A stretch of DNA of 64,000 nt, from the NCBI GenBank assembly GCA_036259475.1, contig DATABS010000094.1, positions 11,801 to 75,800 of the forward strand. The letters are read 5' to 3'. Below the pieces are notes generated by a model. The model was not told the origin of the DNA and made no database searches. It was given only the letters and a program-made list of their open reading frames with translations. This stretch comes from Acidimicrobiia bacterium (GTDB lineage Bacteria; Actinomycetota; Acidimicrobiia; Spongiisociales; ZC4RG35). Below are positions 1-8,069 of this stretch, one piece after another (the first letter of the stretch is position 1; each line of letters starts with the position of its first letter). The position numbers and the translations under genes are program-made.

Positions 1-88
1 AGCTCGCGGCCGGCTCCTTGACGGAGCTGGCGTGCCAGGTCGTCGAGCTCCTCAGACACGCTTTTCGCGCTTCCCGTCATCGCGCACA
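1..88 (-). CDS. partial hypothetical CDS (5' end only; MTGSAKSVSEELDDLARQLRQ...) running off window start
   Basis: reverse-complement ATG at 88-86 followed by open frame to window edge; divergent from cpaB; too short to classify. Confidence 0.25.
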
Positions 89-118
89 ACTTCAGCGTAG
101 GTTCATCAGTGCCATGGA

Positions 119-784
119 GTGGGCGTGAGCGTCGGGCTGCGGACGGATGACGGGACGGTGGCTCAGGAGGCGGCTCGGCGGCGGCCGCTTCGCAGGTGGA
201 GCATCGGACACGTGGCCGTGGCGGTCGCGGCCATGCTGGCCTTCGTCGCCAATCTCGGCTTTCTCCGCTCACGGGACGATGCCACCCGGGTCGTTGTCGC
301 CGCCCGGACGATCGAGGCCGGCGAAGTGATCGGGTCGGGAGCGCTCACGACCACGATGCTGCGCGCCGATGCCGGCATCCTGGCAACCCTTCTCACTTCC
401 GTGGATAGTGGCGTCGGCCGGGTAGCCCGACGGCCTCTGGCGAAAGGCGAACTGGTGGGATCCGGCGATCTCCTCTCCACGGCCGCCCCGGACGGCTTGG
501 CATCGATGTCGGTTCCCATCGATCCCTCCCACGCCGCCGGGGGGACAATCCGCGTCGGGGATCTCGTGGATGTCGTGGACGTCGATGACGATGGAACGGG
601 AGAATATGTGGTGCGCGACGCGCCGGTTTTGGCAGTGAGCGATGCACCGACCGGTGCCCTGGCGGGCGCCTCTCGCAGCCACGTCGTCTTGGGTTTGGCG
701 GAGGATCAGGTGCTGGCAGTCGCCGAGGCGATCGCCGACGGAGAGATCGACGTTGTCATCACCACCGGGCTGAGCGATGGCTGA
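119..784 (+). CDS. cpaB: Flp pilus assembly protein CpaB/RcpC (N-terminal TM helix plus SAF-like domain)
   Basis: GTG start at 119; hydrophobic N-terminus VAVAVAAMLAFVANLGF; position directly upstream of tadZ/tadA; 8-nt overlap with next gene. Confidence 0.65.
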   Translation: MGVSVGLRTDDGTVAQEAARRRPLRRWSIGHVAVAVAAMLAFVANLGFLRSRDDATRVVVAARTIEAGEVIGSGALTTTMLRADAGILATLLTSVDSGVGRVARRPLAKGELVGSGDLLSTAAPDGLASMSVPIDPSHAAGGTIRVGDLVDVVDVDDDGTGEYVVRDAPVLAVSDAPTGALAGASRSHVVLGLAEDQVLAVAEAIADGEIDVVITTGLSDG

Positions 785-1895
785 GGTGGAGTTGGCCCTG
801 GCCGCCTCGACTCGTCCCTGGGTCGATTCCCTCCACCGCTTTCTCGCAGACCATGGCGGGGCCCGGGTTCGGACGGTGCTCATGGGTGCCGAAGACGCTC
901 TCAGCGAGTCCTACGACGCCCTCATCATCGACGACGTCTGCTCATTTCTGACTCCTCGTCTGGTCGAACAGGTGCGCCGACGAGGACGGCTGGTTGTGGG
1001 TGTTTTCGACTCGCGAGACGGGGCGGACGCCAAGCGTCGCCTCCTCGAGTGCGGAGTCGACGACGTTGTCGAGGACGGCGCCTCTCCGGACGAGTTCGTC
1101 GCCGTGGTGCGGAGGGTCCTGGAGCTCGCCCCGCCCACCGCCGCGCCAATGCTTCCATCGGTCGGCTCACGAACCGGGGGACGGGTCGTGGTTGTCGGCG
1201 CGCCGCCCGGCGGTTGCGGAGCGACCGAGGTGGCGGTGGGCCTTGCGATCAGCGCCCATGCCATGGCGGTCGACGCGGACGACGTCGCTCCCTCCCTCGC
1301 TCAGAGAGTTGGGGCGCCCCTTCACCCCAACCTGCGCACTGCCATCGACATCGTCCATCACCAGTCCGGTTCGGTTGAGGACGCGGTGATTGAGACTGAT
1401 TCCCTTCGTCTTGTCGCCGGGCTCGTGAACGGTGACGACTGGGCGCAACTCCATCCTGGCGAGGTCGAGGCCGTAATCGATGAGGTGGTGATCGAAAACC
1501 GAGCGGTGGTCGTCAACGTCGGCTCGGGTCTCGAGCGACCCCAGCTCGGGGAAGGACGCTTCGGACTCGCCCGCGGATTGGTAGTGAAGGCAGACGCCAT
1601 CATCGCCGTCGGGCTGCCTCATCCGGTCGGCTTGACCCGATTGGTCCGTTGGGTTCTCGAGGCGGCGGACCTCGCTCCGGAGAGTCCCGTGATCGCGGCC
1701 GTCAACCGAATCGGTCGATCGCCTTATCAACGGACCGAGGTGGCGACCGAGCTGGCCAGGGCGTTGCCCGGCGTTCCGGTGCACTTCCTGCCCGAAGACA
1801 AGCGCGTCACCGAGGCGGCGTGGGCGGGGACGTCCGTTCCCTCTGGGCCGTTCCGGCGTTCCATCCGCAAGCTTGCGGCCGAGGTCGGTCTGTGA
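777..1895 (+). CDS. tadZ: TadZ/CpaE-like pilus assembly ATPase-like protein (receiver-like N-domain plus MinD/ParA-like domain with degenerate Walker A GAPPGGCGATEV)
   Basis: domain order and P-loop-like motif read from translation; operon context between cpaB and tadA; stop overlaps the tadA GTG (GTGA). Confidence 0.65.
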   Translation: MAEVELALAASTRPWVDSLHRFLADHGGARVRTVLMGAEDALSESYDALIIDDVCSFLTPRLVEQVRRRGRLVVGVFDSRDGADAKRRLLECGVDDVVEDGASPDEFVAVVRRVLELAPPTAAPMLPSVGSRTGGRVVVVGAPPGGCGATEVAVGLAISAHAMAVDADDVAPSLAQRVGAPLHPNLRTAIDIVHHQSGSVEDAVIETDSLRLVAGLVNGDDWAQLHPGEVEAVIDEVVIENRAVVVNVGSGLERPQLGEGRFGLARGLVVKADAIIAVGLPHPVGLTRLVRWVLEAADLAPESPVIAAVNRIGRSPYQRTEVATELARALPGVPVHFLPEDKRVTEAAWAGTSVPSGPFRRSIRKLAAEVGL

Positions 1896-3160
1896 GCGAC
1901 GCCTACGAGGAGATCCGCCGCCGGGCCGTCGTCATGGTCGAGGAGAAAGGAATCGACGCCGCCACGGACCGGGCTGGTGTGCGGGCGGTGGTCGGCGGTG
2001 CCGTCGACGACTACCAGCGGAGGGCGCATCTGGGCCGGAGTCGGGCATTGGCCGACCCGTCGGGGATGGTCGAGCGGGTAATGCGCTCGGTCGCCGACTT
2101 CGGGCCATTGACCGACCTTCTGACACGACCAGACCTCGAGGAAGTGTTCATCGAGGGAAGCCGTGTCACGTATATCGACGGCGGCGGGAGGCTGCGGGCG
2201 CTGGATCAGCCGACCTCGGAGCGGGAGAACCGTCAGGTATTAGACCGGTTGCTGGCCGATTCCGACCGCCGTCTCGACGCCTCCTGCCCGCTGGTCCAGG
2301 CGCGTGTACTCGAAGACTCGGCCCGTCTCACCGCCGTTATCCCGCCCGTGGCAGACCGTCTCTCTGCCACCATCCGCCGCTACGCACTTCGCCGCGAGAC
2401 CCTGGACACCATGGTCGAGCGCTCTTCCGTCTCTTCGTCGGCTGCCCGCTTCTTGTGGGCCGTGATGCAGGCCAGCACCTCCCTGGTCGTGTCGGGCCCT
2501 CCCGGCGCGGGCAAGACCTCGCTGCTCTCGGCTCTCATTGCTGCTGTCCCGGCGGCTCACTGTGTTCGTTGTTGCGAGGAAGTGCGGGAGCTGCACGTCC
2601 CTCTGGTGCATGGGTCTTTCTACGAGGCCCGCCCCGCGGCCCTCGACGGCAGCGGAGAGATCAACCTTCGGGAGCTCGTGAAGCTGGTGCTGGCGATGAG
2701 GCCGGATCGGATCATCGTGGGTGAAGTGCGCGGCGCCGAGTCCTTCGAATTGACTCGGGCGGTGAACGCCGGTTGCGGGTTTGCCTGCACCGTCCATGCC
2801 AACTCGGCGGCGGATGCCCTCGACGCGCTCGTCAACGCCGCTCTGATGGCCGGCGAGAACATCACCGAGGCCGTCGTCAAGAAGGTATTCGCCTCGGCCC
2901 TCGACTTCGTGGTGCATCTCGACCGCGATACCGCCGGAGACGGCCCTATCCGGCGCCAAGTGATTGAAATCCTGGCGGTGGTCCCCTCGTTGCGGGAGGA
3001 CTTCTCGACGCAGCCGATCTTCGTCCGGGAAAGGCTGGGCGCGCCGATGGAATGGACGGGTGCCCTTCCTCCCGCTGCCGTGGTCGACCGGATAGATCGA
3101 TCCCTACCGGATGGCAGCCGTCTTCGGTCGATCCTCGGAGCGCGGGAGGGAGTGGCGTGA
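1892..3160 (+). CDS. tadA: Tad/Flp pilus secretion ATPase TadA/CpaF (type II/IV secretion NTPase)
   Basis: Walker A GPPGAGKTS, Walker B/His-box region (RIIVGEVRG, CTVHANSA); GTG start at 1892 overlapping the tadZ stop; the longer ORF-track start at 1649 is rejected as GC-rich read-through. Confidence 0.85.
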   Translation: MSDAYEEIRRRAVVMVEEKGIDAATDRAGVRAVVGGAVDDYQRRAHLGRSRALADPSGMVERVMRSVADFGPLTDLLTRPDLEEVFIEGSRVTYIDGGGRLRALDQPTSERENRQVLDRLLADSDRRLDASCPLVQARVLEDSARLTAVIPPVADRLSATIRRYALRRETLDTMVERSSVSSSAARFLWAVMQASTSLVVSGPPGAGKTSLLSALIAAVPAAHCVRCCEEVRELHVPLVHGSFYEARPAALDGSGEINLRELVKLVLAMRPDRIIVGEVRGAESFELTRAVNAGCGFACTVHANSAADALDALVNAALMAGENITEAVVKKVFASALDFVVHLDRDTAGDGPIRRQVIEILAVVPSLREDFSTQPIFVRERLGAPMEWTGALPPAAVVDRIDRSLPDGSRLRSILGAREGVA

Positions 3161-4014
3161 GATTGGCGGTTGCCCTCATGACGGCCGCAGCCGCCGGCGG
3201 GGTGGTGGCGGCATTTCTCGGCCTGCTGCCGCGCGGCCGCAGCCGGCGTCGGCGGTCTGGCCGGGCGACCGAGTGGCTGGTGCAGGCGGGCGTGTCTACG
3301 ACTCCATTCCAGTTCTGGGCCACGTCGACCACGGCAGCGGCTCTGACGTTCGTCACGGTGTCGTTCCTGACGGGCAGCTGGGCCGTGGCTGCCGTGCCCT
3401 CCGTCCTCGTGGGCATGCTGCCCCGCGTCTACTTCGGTGCTCAGCGGCGCAAGCGACTCGGTGAGGTCCGCCAGGCGTGGCCAGACGGCCTGCGAGACCT
3501 GGTGGCGTCCATTTCCGCCGGGCGTTCGCTGGCCCGTGCCATCGAGGAGTTGGCCGAGTCGGGGCCGGCGCCGTTGAGGCGAGCCTTCGCCCGGTTCCCG
3601 TTCCTCTCCCGCAGCCTGGGAGTCGTGGCCGCGCTGGAGACGATACGTGACGAGACGGCCGATCCGACCACCGACCGGGTGATCGAGGTGCTGATCGTGG
3701 CGCAGGAGCGTGGGGGTGCAATCGTCCCTCAAATCCTGGGCGACCTGTCGGAGGCAACGGCTCGAGATGTGTGGGCAGCCGAGGAGATCGAAGGAGCCGC
3801 CCTCGAGCACAAGATCAACGCCCGGGCAGTGTTCATCCTCCCCTGGTTGGTGCTCATCGCCATGACGATCAGGGACGGTCCGTTCCGCGAGTTCTACACC
3901 ACTCCGCTGGGAGTCGGCGTGATAGTCGTCGGTGGGATGCTGTCGCTCAGCGGGTCCTTCCTCGTGAGTCGGTTCGGTCGCACGCCCGATGAGCCGCGGG
4001 TGCTGGGGCCGTGA
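3157..4014 (+). CDS. tadB: TadB (type II secretion system F-domain inner membrane protein)
   Basis: GTG start at 3157 overlapping the tadA TGA; multiple TM segments; T2SS-F-like context. Confidence 0.7.
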   Translation: MRLAVALMTAAAAGGVVAAFLGLLPRGRSRRRRSGRATEWLVQAGVSTTPFQFWATSTTAAALTFVTVSFLTGSWAVAAVPSVLVGMLPRVYFGAQRRKRLGEVRQAWPDGLRDLVASISAGRSLARAIEELAESGPAPLRRAFARFPFLSRSLGVVAALETIRDETADPTTDRVIEVLIVAQERGGAIVPQILGDLSEATARDVWAAEEIEGAALEHKINARAVFILPWLVLIAMTIRDGPFREFYTTPLGVGVIVVGGMLSLSGSFLVSRFGRTPDEPRVLGP

Positions 4015-4928
4015 CTCCGCTGATGGTCTTGGCGGCGACCGCATCGGCGGTGGTGATAGGTGCTCTGATGTGGCTCCTCGTCCCGCCGACTCCCCGGCTG
4101 GCGGGTCGCGTCCGTCCCTACGTGTCGCCTTCGGAGGCGTCTCGCTCCAACCATCCGAGATCCGCCGTGGCTCGGATCTTCGGGCCGATAGTCATCCGGC
4201 TCGCCACGGCTTTGGGCCGGCGTCTCGACCCCTCGGGAGATGAGGCCCTGGCGGTGCGTCTGCGTCAGGCCGGTGTCTACCCGGACCTGAGCGACGCCGA
4301 CCGCGTTGGCGCCTTCCGCCTTCGTCAACTCCGCTCGCTGCTGATCGGAGGAGTTGGAGGCGGGCTCGTTGCGACCGCCCTGGGGTTCTCGACCCAGGGA
4401 GTCGTGGGCTTGGTGATGGTCGGCGGCGTTGCCACTTTGGGTCGCACGCGGGGAAGGGTGGAGCGGCTGCTGGAGGATCGTCGCCTGCGGATGAGGATCG
4501 AGATCTACACCATCGATCAGCTCCTCGCCCTGCGGGTGAGGGCCGGAGGGGCGGTCATGCAAGCGGTCGCCCAGGTGGTCAACCGGGGCCGAGGGGAGGT
4601 GGTGACGGAACTTGCCGAGGCGGCGCGGCTTCATCGTGCCGGAATGACGGTGGCTGAGGCGTTCGGGCGAATCGCCGATCTCAGCGCAGAACCGGCCTGC
4701 GCCCGGACCTACCGCCTCCTGGCGATCGCCGACGAGCGCGGTGTCGACCTGGCGGCGGGTCTCCTGGCGCTGGCGGAGGATGTACGCGAAACGCGCCGGG
4801 AAGCGATGAAGCGAGCGGCCACGCGCCGTCGGGCGGCGATGCTCGTGCCGACGATTGCACTCCTAGCCCCCACCCTCATGCTGTTCGTCGCCGCTCCCCT
4901 TCCCTATCTCCTGACCGGCTGGCGATGA
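4011..4928 (+). CDS. tadC: TadC (second T2SS-F domain inner membrane protein)
   Basis: GTG at 4011 overlapping the tadB stop (GTGA); N- and C-terminal TM helices; paralogous position after tadB. Confidence 0.7.
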   Translation: MTPLMVLAATASAVVIGALMWLLVPPTPRLAGRVRPYVSPSEASRSNHPRSAVARIFGPIVIRLATALGRRLDPSGDEALAVRLRQAGVYPDLSDADRVGAFRLRQLRSLLIGGVGGGLVATALGFSTQGVVGLVMVGGVATLGRTRGRVERLLEDRRLRMRIEIYTIDQLLALRVRAGGAVMQAVAQVVNRGRGEVVTELAEAARLHRAGMTVAEAFGRIADLSAEPACARTYRLLAIADERGVDLAAGLLALAEDVRETRREAMKRAATRRRAAMLVPTIALLAPTLMLFVAAPLPYLLTGWR

Positions 4929-4942
4929 AGAAAGGAGCAGCC

Positions 4943-5134
4943 ATGCAGGATGTGATCCAGTCGTTCGTTCGGCTGATCGAAAAGGCCCACCGTGACGAGC
5001 GAGGTCTCAACACGGCCGAGTTGATGGGCAATGCCGCCCTCGCCATCGGCGCCCTGGTCGTTATCTGGGCCGCCCTCGAGGTGCTCGGCGTTGACGTGGT
5101 GAATTGGATCCGCGGCCAGCTTCTAGGCGGCTGA
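4943..5134 (+). CDS. flp: Flp-family pilin (prepilin with ...DERG|LNTAEL... processing-site-like motif and hydrophobic helix)
   Basis: 63-69 aa; aaaggagcagcc SD directly before the ATG at 4943 (an alternative ATG at 4925 overlaps the tadC stop); motif RDERG-LNTAEL-MGNAALAIGALVV resembles the Flp G/xxxxEY cleavage region. Confidence 0.6.
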   Translation: MQDVIQSFVRLIEKAHRDERGLNTAELMGNAALAIGALVVIWAALEVLGVDVVNWIRGQLLGG

Positions 5135-5502
5135 GCGGCGAAGGTGGCCTCGCCACCCTCGAGTTCGTGCTCGCCGCTGCCCTGGCGATGTTGATGGTGG
5201 TGGGACTGGTCCAACTGATCGCCTACCAATACGCCCGCGGGGCGGTGATGGCCGCGCTCGAGCGAGGTGTGCGAGCCGGAAGCATTGCCGGGACCGGCGC
5301 GGAGGAGTGTGACGCGGCAGTCGCCGATTCCCTGAACGACGTCCTGGGCGGTCAGGTGGGCGAGTCGCTGTCTTACGGCTGCCATGCCGACAGAGAAGCG
5401 ATCGCCGCCTGGGCGACGGGCACCGTGCCGGCGTGGACAGTCGGCGGACCTCACATGATGTTCGACCTGGAAGCCACCGCTCAGAGGGAACTCGAGCCGT
5501 GA
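5104..5502 (+). CDS. TadE-like pseudopilin (LATLEFVLAAALAMLMVV N-terminal motif)
   Basis: TadE/TadG N-terminal hydrophobic motif; TTG start assumed at 5104 (uncertain; overlaps the flp 3' end). Confidence 0.55.
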   Translation: MDPRPASRRLSGEGGLATLEFVLAAALAMLMVVGLVQLIAYQYARGAVMAALERGVRAGSIAGTGAEECDAAVADSLNDVLGGQVGESLSYGCHADREAIAAWATGTVPAWTVGGPHMMFDLEATAQRELEP

Positions 5503-5900
5503 AAGATCGAGGGTGGGCCTCGTTGGAACTGGCGCTGGGTATTGCGCTGATGGTGATTCCGGCCCTGATCGCGGTGCTGTCCTTTGCGCCGTGGCTGGAA
5601 GCGAGGGCTTTCGTCCGGGCGGCGGCGGCGGAAGGTGCTCGGGCAGCAGTCCTCGCGTCGGCGGATCCGTCAGCCGCCGGGGCGGAGGTGATCGCCGACA
5701 TGGCGGCGGTCCGGGGATATGAAGCCGTCGTGATCGAGATGTGTGGCGGTTCCCAATGTGTCCTCGTACGGGGTGCCTATGTGACGGCGGCCGTCTCGGT
5801 CGAGGTGCCGCTCGTGGCGACGCCGTGGGGAGACGTCGGAGGTCTGACGGTGGAAGGGGCCCACGCCGAGCCGGTGGATGCCTACCGGAGCCTGCCGTGA
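5499..5900 (+). CDS. TadE-like pseudopilin (WASLELALGIALMVIPALIAV)
   Basis: GTG at 5499 overlapping the upstream TGA (GTGA); TadE-type N-terminus. Confidence 0.55.
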   Translation: MKDRGWASLELALGIALMVIPALIAVLSFAPWLEARAFVRAAAAEGARAAVLASADPSAAGAEVIADMAAVRGYEAVVIEMCGGSQCVLVRGAYVTAAVSVEVPLVATPWGDVGGLTVEGAHAEPVDAYRSLP

Positions 5901-6310
5901 AGCGGGACGAGGGCTCCATAACTCTGTGGATGGTCGGTCTGGTGATGGTGGTGTTCGCCGTTGGGGGTATCTCCATCGACCTCTGGAGGGGTCTGGCCGC
6001 CCATCGCCATGTGGCGTCCGTGGCTGATGCCGCCGCGGTGGCGGCCGGATCAGGGATCGACGAGACGACATGGCGGCTCGAGGGTCGTCTGATTCTTGAG
6101 CCGGCTCACGTCGCCGAGAGAGTGGCGGCGGCCGTCGCGGCGCAATCCGGCGAAGGGATCGTCGACTACCGAGTGACCACGGTTCCCGATGGCTCGCGGG
6201 CGACGGTGACAGCATCGACCCAAGTGGAACTGACGCTGTTGGCGCTGCTCGCCGACGGTCCGATCGAAGTCTCAGCGCATGCGAGCGCTTCACCCACCTT
6301 GTCCCCGTGA
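5897..6310 (+). CDS. TadE/TadG-like pseudopilin (SITLWMVGLVMVVFAVGGISIDL)
   Basis: GTG at 5897 overlapping the upstream stop; TadG-like N-terminal TM and motif. Confidence 0.5.
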   Translation: MKRDEGSITLWMVGLVMVVFAVGGISIDLWRGLAAHRHVASVADAAAVAAGSGIDETTWRLEGRLILEPAHVAERVAAAVAAQSGEGIVDYRVTTVPDGSRATVTASTQVELTLLALLADGPIEVSAHASASPTLSP

Positions 6311-6873
6311 TGCGCGCCTCTCGCCTGGCGGCCGTGGCCGTGGTTGCGGCTCTGGGTGGAGCTGTGGCGATGATGGCGGAGAATCCGGCCGTCGAATCGG
6401 TGCCCGATGAGCCCTCTCGCTCCGCCACCACGGCGACTGCGCTCCGACTCTCCGCTTCGTCGACCCGCCCGATCGCCACCACGACGATCACTGCCGTCGC
6501 CACGCCGTCGACGGACGATCCAGTGCAGACGGTGGTCGAGGGGTTGGCCGCCTGGGGCCGCTTCGCCGTCACCGGAGACCTCGATCAGGTAGAGCCCTGG
6601 TTTTGGGTGGACGGACCGCAGTACGCTCGCTTCGTCCAGGAGGCGAAGGACTTGGCGGCGCAACCGGTCGGGGGGCAGGCATACACGGTGACGGTCGAGC
6701 CGGCCGACGTGTCAGCTGCCGAGGAGGACGCCCACGTCTCGGGACGAATCGTGTTCGCCCGCACCGGTGAGCCCTCCCAGTCCTTCTCCTGGGTTGTAGT
6801 TCTACGGCGGGGCAGTGGTATGTGGAAGATCTGGACCGTGGACGATCAAGAGACGCCCGACGGTCGAGGGTGA
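6307..6873 (+). CDS. secreted hypothetical protein (signal peptide, Thr/Ser-rich linker, about 110-aa C-terminal domain), last gene of the tad operon
   Basis: GTG at 6307 overlapping the previous stop; signal peptide MMRASRLAAVAVVAALGGAVAMMA; low-complexity ATTATA...TTTITAVATP linker. Confidence 0.45.
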   Translation: MMRASRLAAVAVVAALGGAVAMMAENPAVESVPDEPSRSATTATALRLSASSTRPIATTTITAVATPSTDDPVQTVVEGLAAWGRFAVTGDLDQVEPWFWVDGPQYARFVQEAKDLAAQPVGGQAYTVTVEPADVSAAEEDAHVSGRIVFARTGEPSQSFSWVVVLRRGSGMWKIWTVDDQETPDGRG

Positions 6874-6880
6874 AGGCCGG

Positions 6881-7258
6881 TCAGGCCGAATCGAACGGTG
6901 AGGTAGGGGTCGTCGGGAGTTGGGTTCCGCAGAACTGGCAGGCGGCGAGCCCGGCGGCCACCTTGGAGCCGCAGCTCCGGCAGGTTGCGGGCGGCGGGGT
7001 GCGTCGGCCGTCGAAGGTCCCGTCGGACTGGTCGAGTTCGGCGAGGCGGGTGGCGAATTCCTCGTCGGAGAAGCCCTGTTCGCGGAGTAGGGACCACATC
7101 GCCTCGACGAGCAGTACCAGACGGTCGATGCGTTCGTCGACGTCGATCATGCGCATTTGAGACGTCATGGCGTCGGCGGTGCCCGCCGAGCGGGCCAACG
7201 ACGCCGCTTGGGCGGCGGATTTGTGGCCCATCACGTATCCCCACATGAAATCGAGCAT
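6881..7258 (-). CDS. hypothetical protein with C-terminal zinc-ribbon (CRSCGSK...CQFCG)
   Basis: convergent with the tad operon; CxxC...CxxC motif at the C-terminus; no recognisable family. Confidence 0.35.
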   Translation of the reverse strand: MLDFMWGYVMGHKSAAQAASLARSAGTADAMTSQMRMIDVDERIDRLVLLVEAMWSLLREQGFSDEEFATRLAELDQSDGTFDGRRTPPPATCRSCGSKVAAGLAACQFCGTQLPTTPTSPFDSA

Positions 7259-7299
7259 GCCGACACGCTACCCGGAGTGGGCCGTCGCCGTCGGTAGGC

Positions 7300-7330
7300 G
7301 GCTATGACGACGTCGCTTCGATCGGTTACA
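7300..7330 (+). promoter_or_regulatory. candidate sigma70-type promoter for the tRNA-Gln/tRNA-Glu pair (TGACGA-16/17-TACAAT)
   Basis: hexamers read directly from sequence about 40 nt upstream of tRNA-Gln; spacing appropriate. Confidence 0.3.
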
Positions 7331-7371
7331 ATATGGGTCTCCCGCTGCTCGACCATTCGGTCGGGTCGCGT

Positions 7372-7446
7372 TCGGGGGTGGTGTAATAGGCAACACGGCA
7401 GGTTCTGGCCCTGTTATTGAGGGTTCGAGTCCTTCCCCCCGAGCCA
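7372..7446 (+). tRNA. tRNA-Gln (anticodon CUG)
   Basis: hand-folded cloverleaf: acceptor TCGGGGG/CCCCCGA, D-stem GTGT/ACAC, anticodon loop TTCTGGC, T-loop TTCGAGT, encoded CCA. Confidence 0.8.
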
Positions 7447-7471
7447 TCGGCCCTCCTCGGAGGGCCGTCCT

Positions 7472-7547
7472 GGCCCCGTCGTCTAGCGGCCTAGGACGCT
7501 GGCCTCTCAAGCCAGTAACGGGGGTTCGAATCCCCTCGGGGCTACCA
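7472..7547 (+). tRNA. tRNA-Glu (anticodon CUC)
   Basis: acceptor GGCCCCG/CGGGGCT, anticodon stem CTGGC/GCCAG with loop CTCTCAA, T-loop TTCGAAT, encoded CCA. Confidence 0.8.
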
Positions 7548-7554
7548 GGCACAC

Positions 7555-7582
7555 GAACCCCCGCTGCGGCGGGGGTTCGGTC
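7555..7582 (+). terminator. GC-rich stem-loop after the tRNA pair (gaacccccgc-tgcg-gcgggggttc)
   Basis: perfect 10-bp inverted repeat with 4-nt loop; no U-tract. Confidence 0.4.
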
Positions 7583-7614
7583 AATTCTGGCTGGCTCCTC
7601 GGTTGCGCTCTCTG

Positions 7615-7963
7615 TCAGATGGCACGCATCCGGTTGTTGCGCGGGTTGTGTTCCACCTCGGCCAGACCGAGCGCTTCGAGGACCGGCGGAATGTAGTTGC
7701 CGACCCGGCCCCGGAGGCCCTTCTTCAAGCCGTTACCATCCGCCGATCGGATTGTCGGGGGACCGGGCCCACGCTTCGACGGTGCCCTCGGTGGCCGGCT
7801 TCTGTTCATCGGCGTTCCCGAGGGGCACCCAATCGCCCTGCTCCTTCAGCATCTGGTGGAGATCGTCGCTTACGGTGACCGGGCAGCCGGACGCCGCGAT
7901 CGTCTTCGAGCCGTTTTCCGGGGGCAGGATCTGCGAGCAGGCCGCCGACGGTGCCCAACACAC
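7615..7963 (-). pseudogene. frameshifted gene remnant (two overlapping minus-strand ORFs in different frames, 7733-7963 and 7615-7809)
   Basis: two partial ORFs overlap across 7733-7809 in different frames (...GTVEAWARSPDNPIGGW then ...GNYIPPVLEALGLAEVEHNPRNNRMRAI); no intact reading frame; sits beside tRNA genes. Confidence 0.4.
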
Positions 7964-8069
7964 CTGGGGCGAAGTACTGCTCTGGCAGCTGAGTCTGTCA
8001 GCTCTAAAGTTGACGTACGTATGCTTTAGAAATAGAGTGCCTCTCTAGCCATACAGCGAGAGGTGAACT

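Noticed and set aside
2620-4044. Long antisense ORFs overlapping real genes (examples: 2620-4044 -, 4876-5976 -, 11066-12292 -, 23483-25357 -, 39720-41198 -, 43918-45381 +, 49643-50926 -, 62718 region alternatives)
   Set aside because: In 68% GC DNA the antisense frames are stop-poor. Their translations are Arg/Pro/Gly-rich low-complexity with no motifs, and each lies opposite a gene with clear family signatures.
7268-7552. 94-aa minus-strand ORF across the tRNA-Gln/tRNA-Glu region
   Set aside because: It overlaps two well-folded tRNA genes, and the translation is Pro/Arg/Gly-rich with no features.
7300-8069. Integrase or recombinase next to the tRNA genes
   Set aside because: No ORF in this stretch has tyrosine or serine recombinase motifs. 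Only a broken unknown gene and an AT-rich spacer remain, so at most a decayed integration scar can be claimed.
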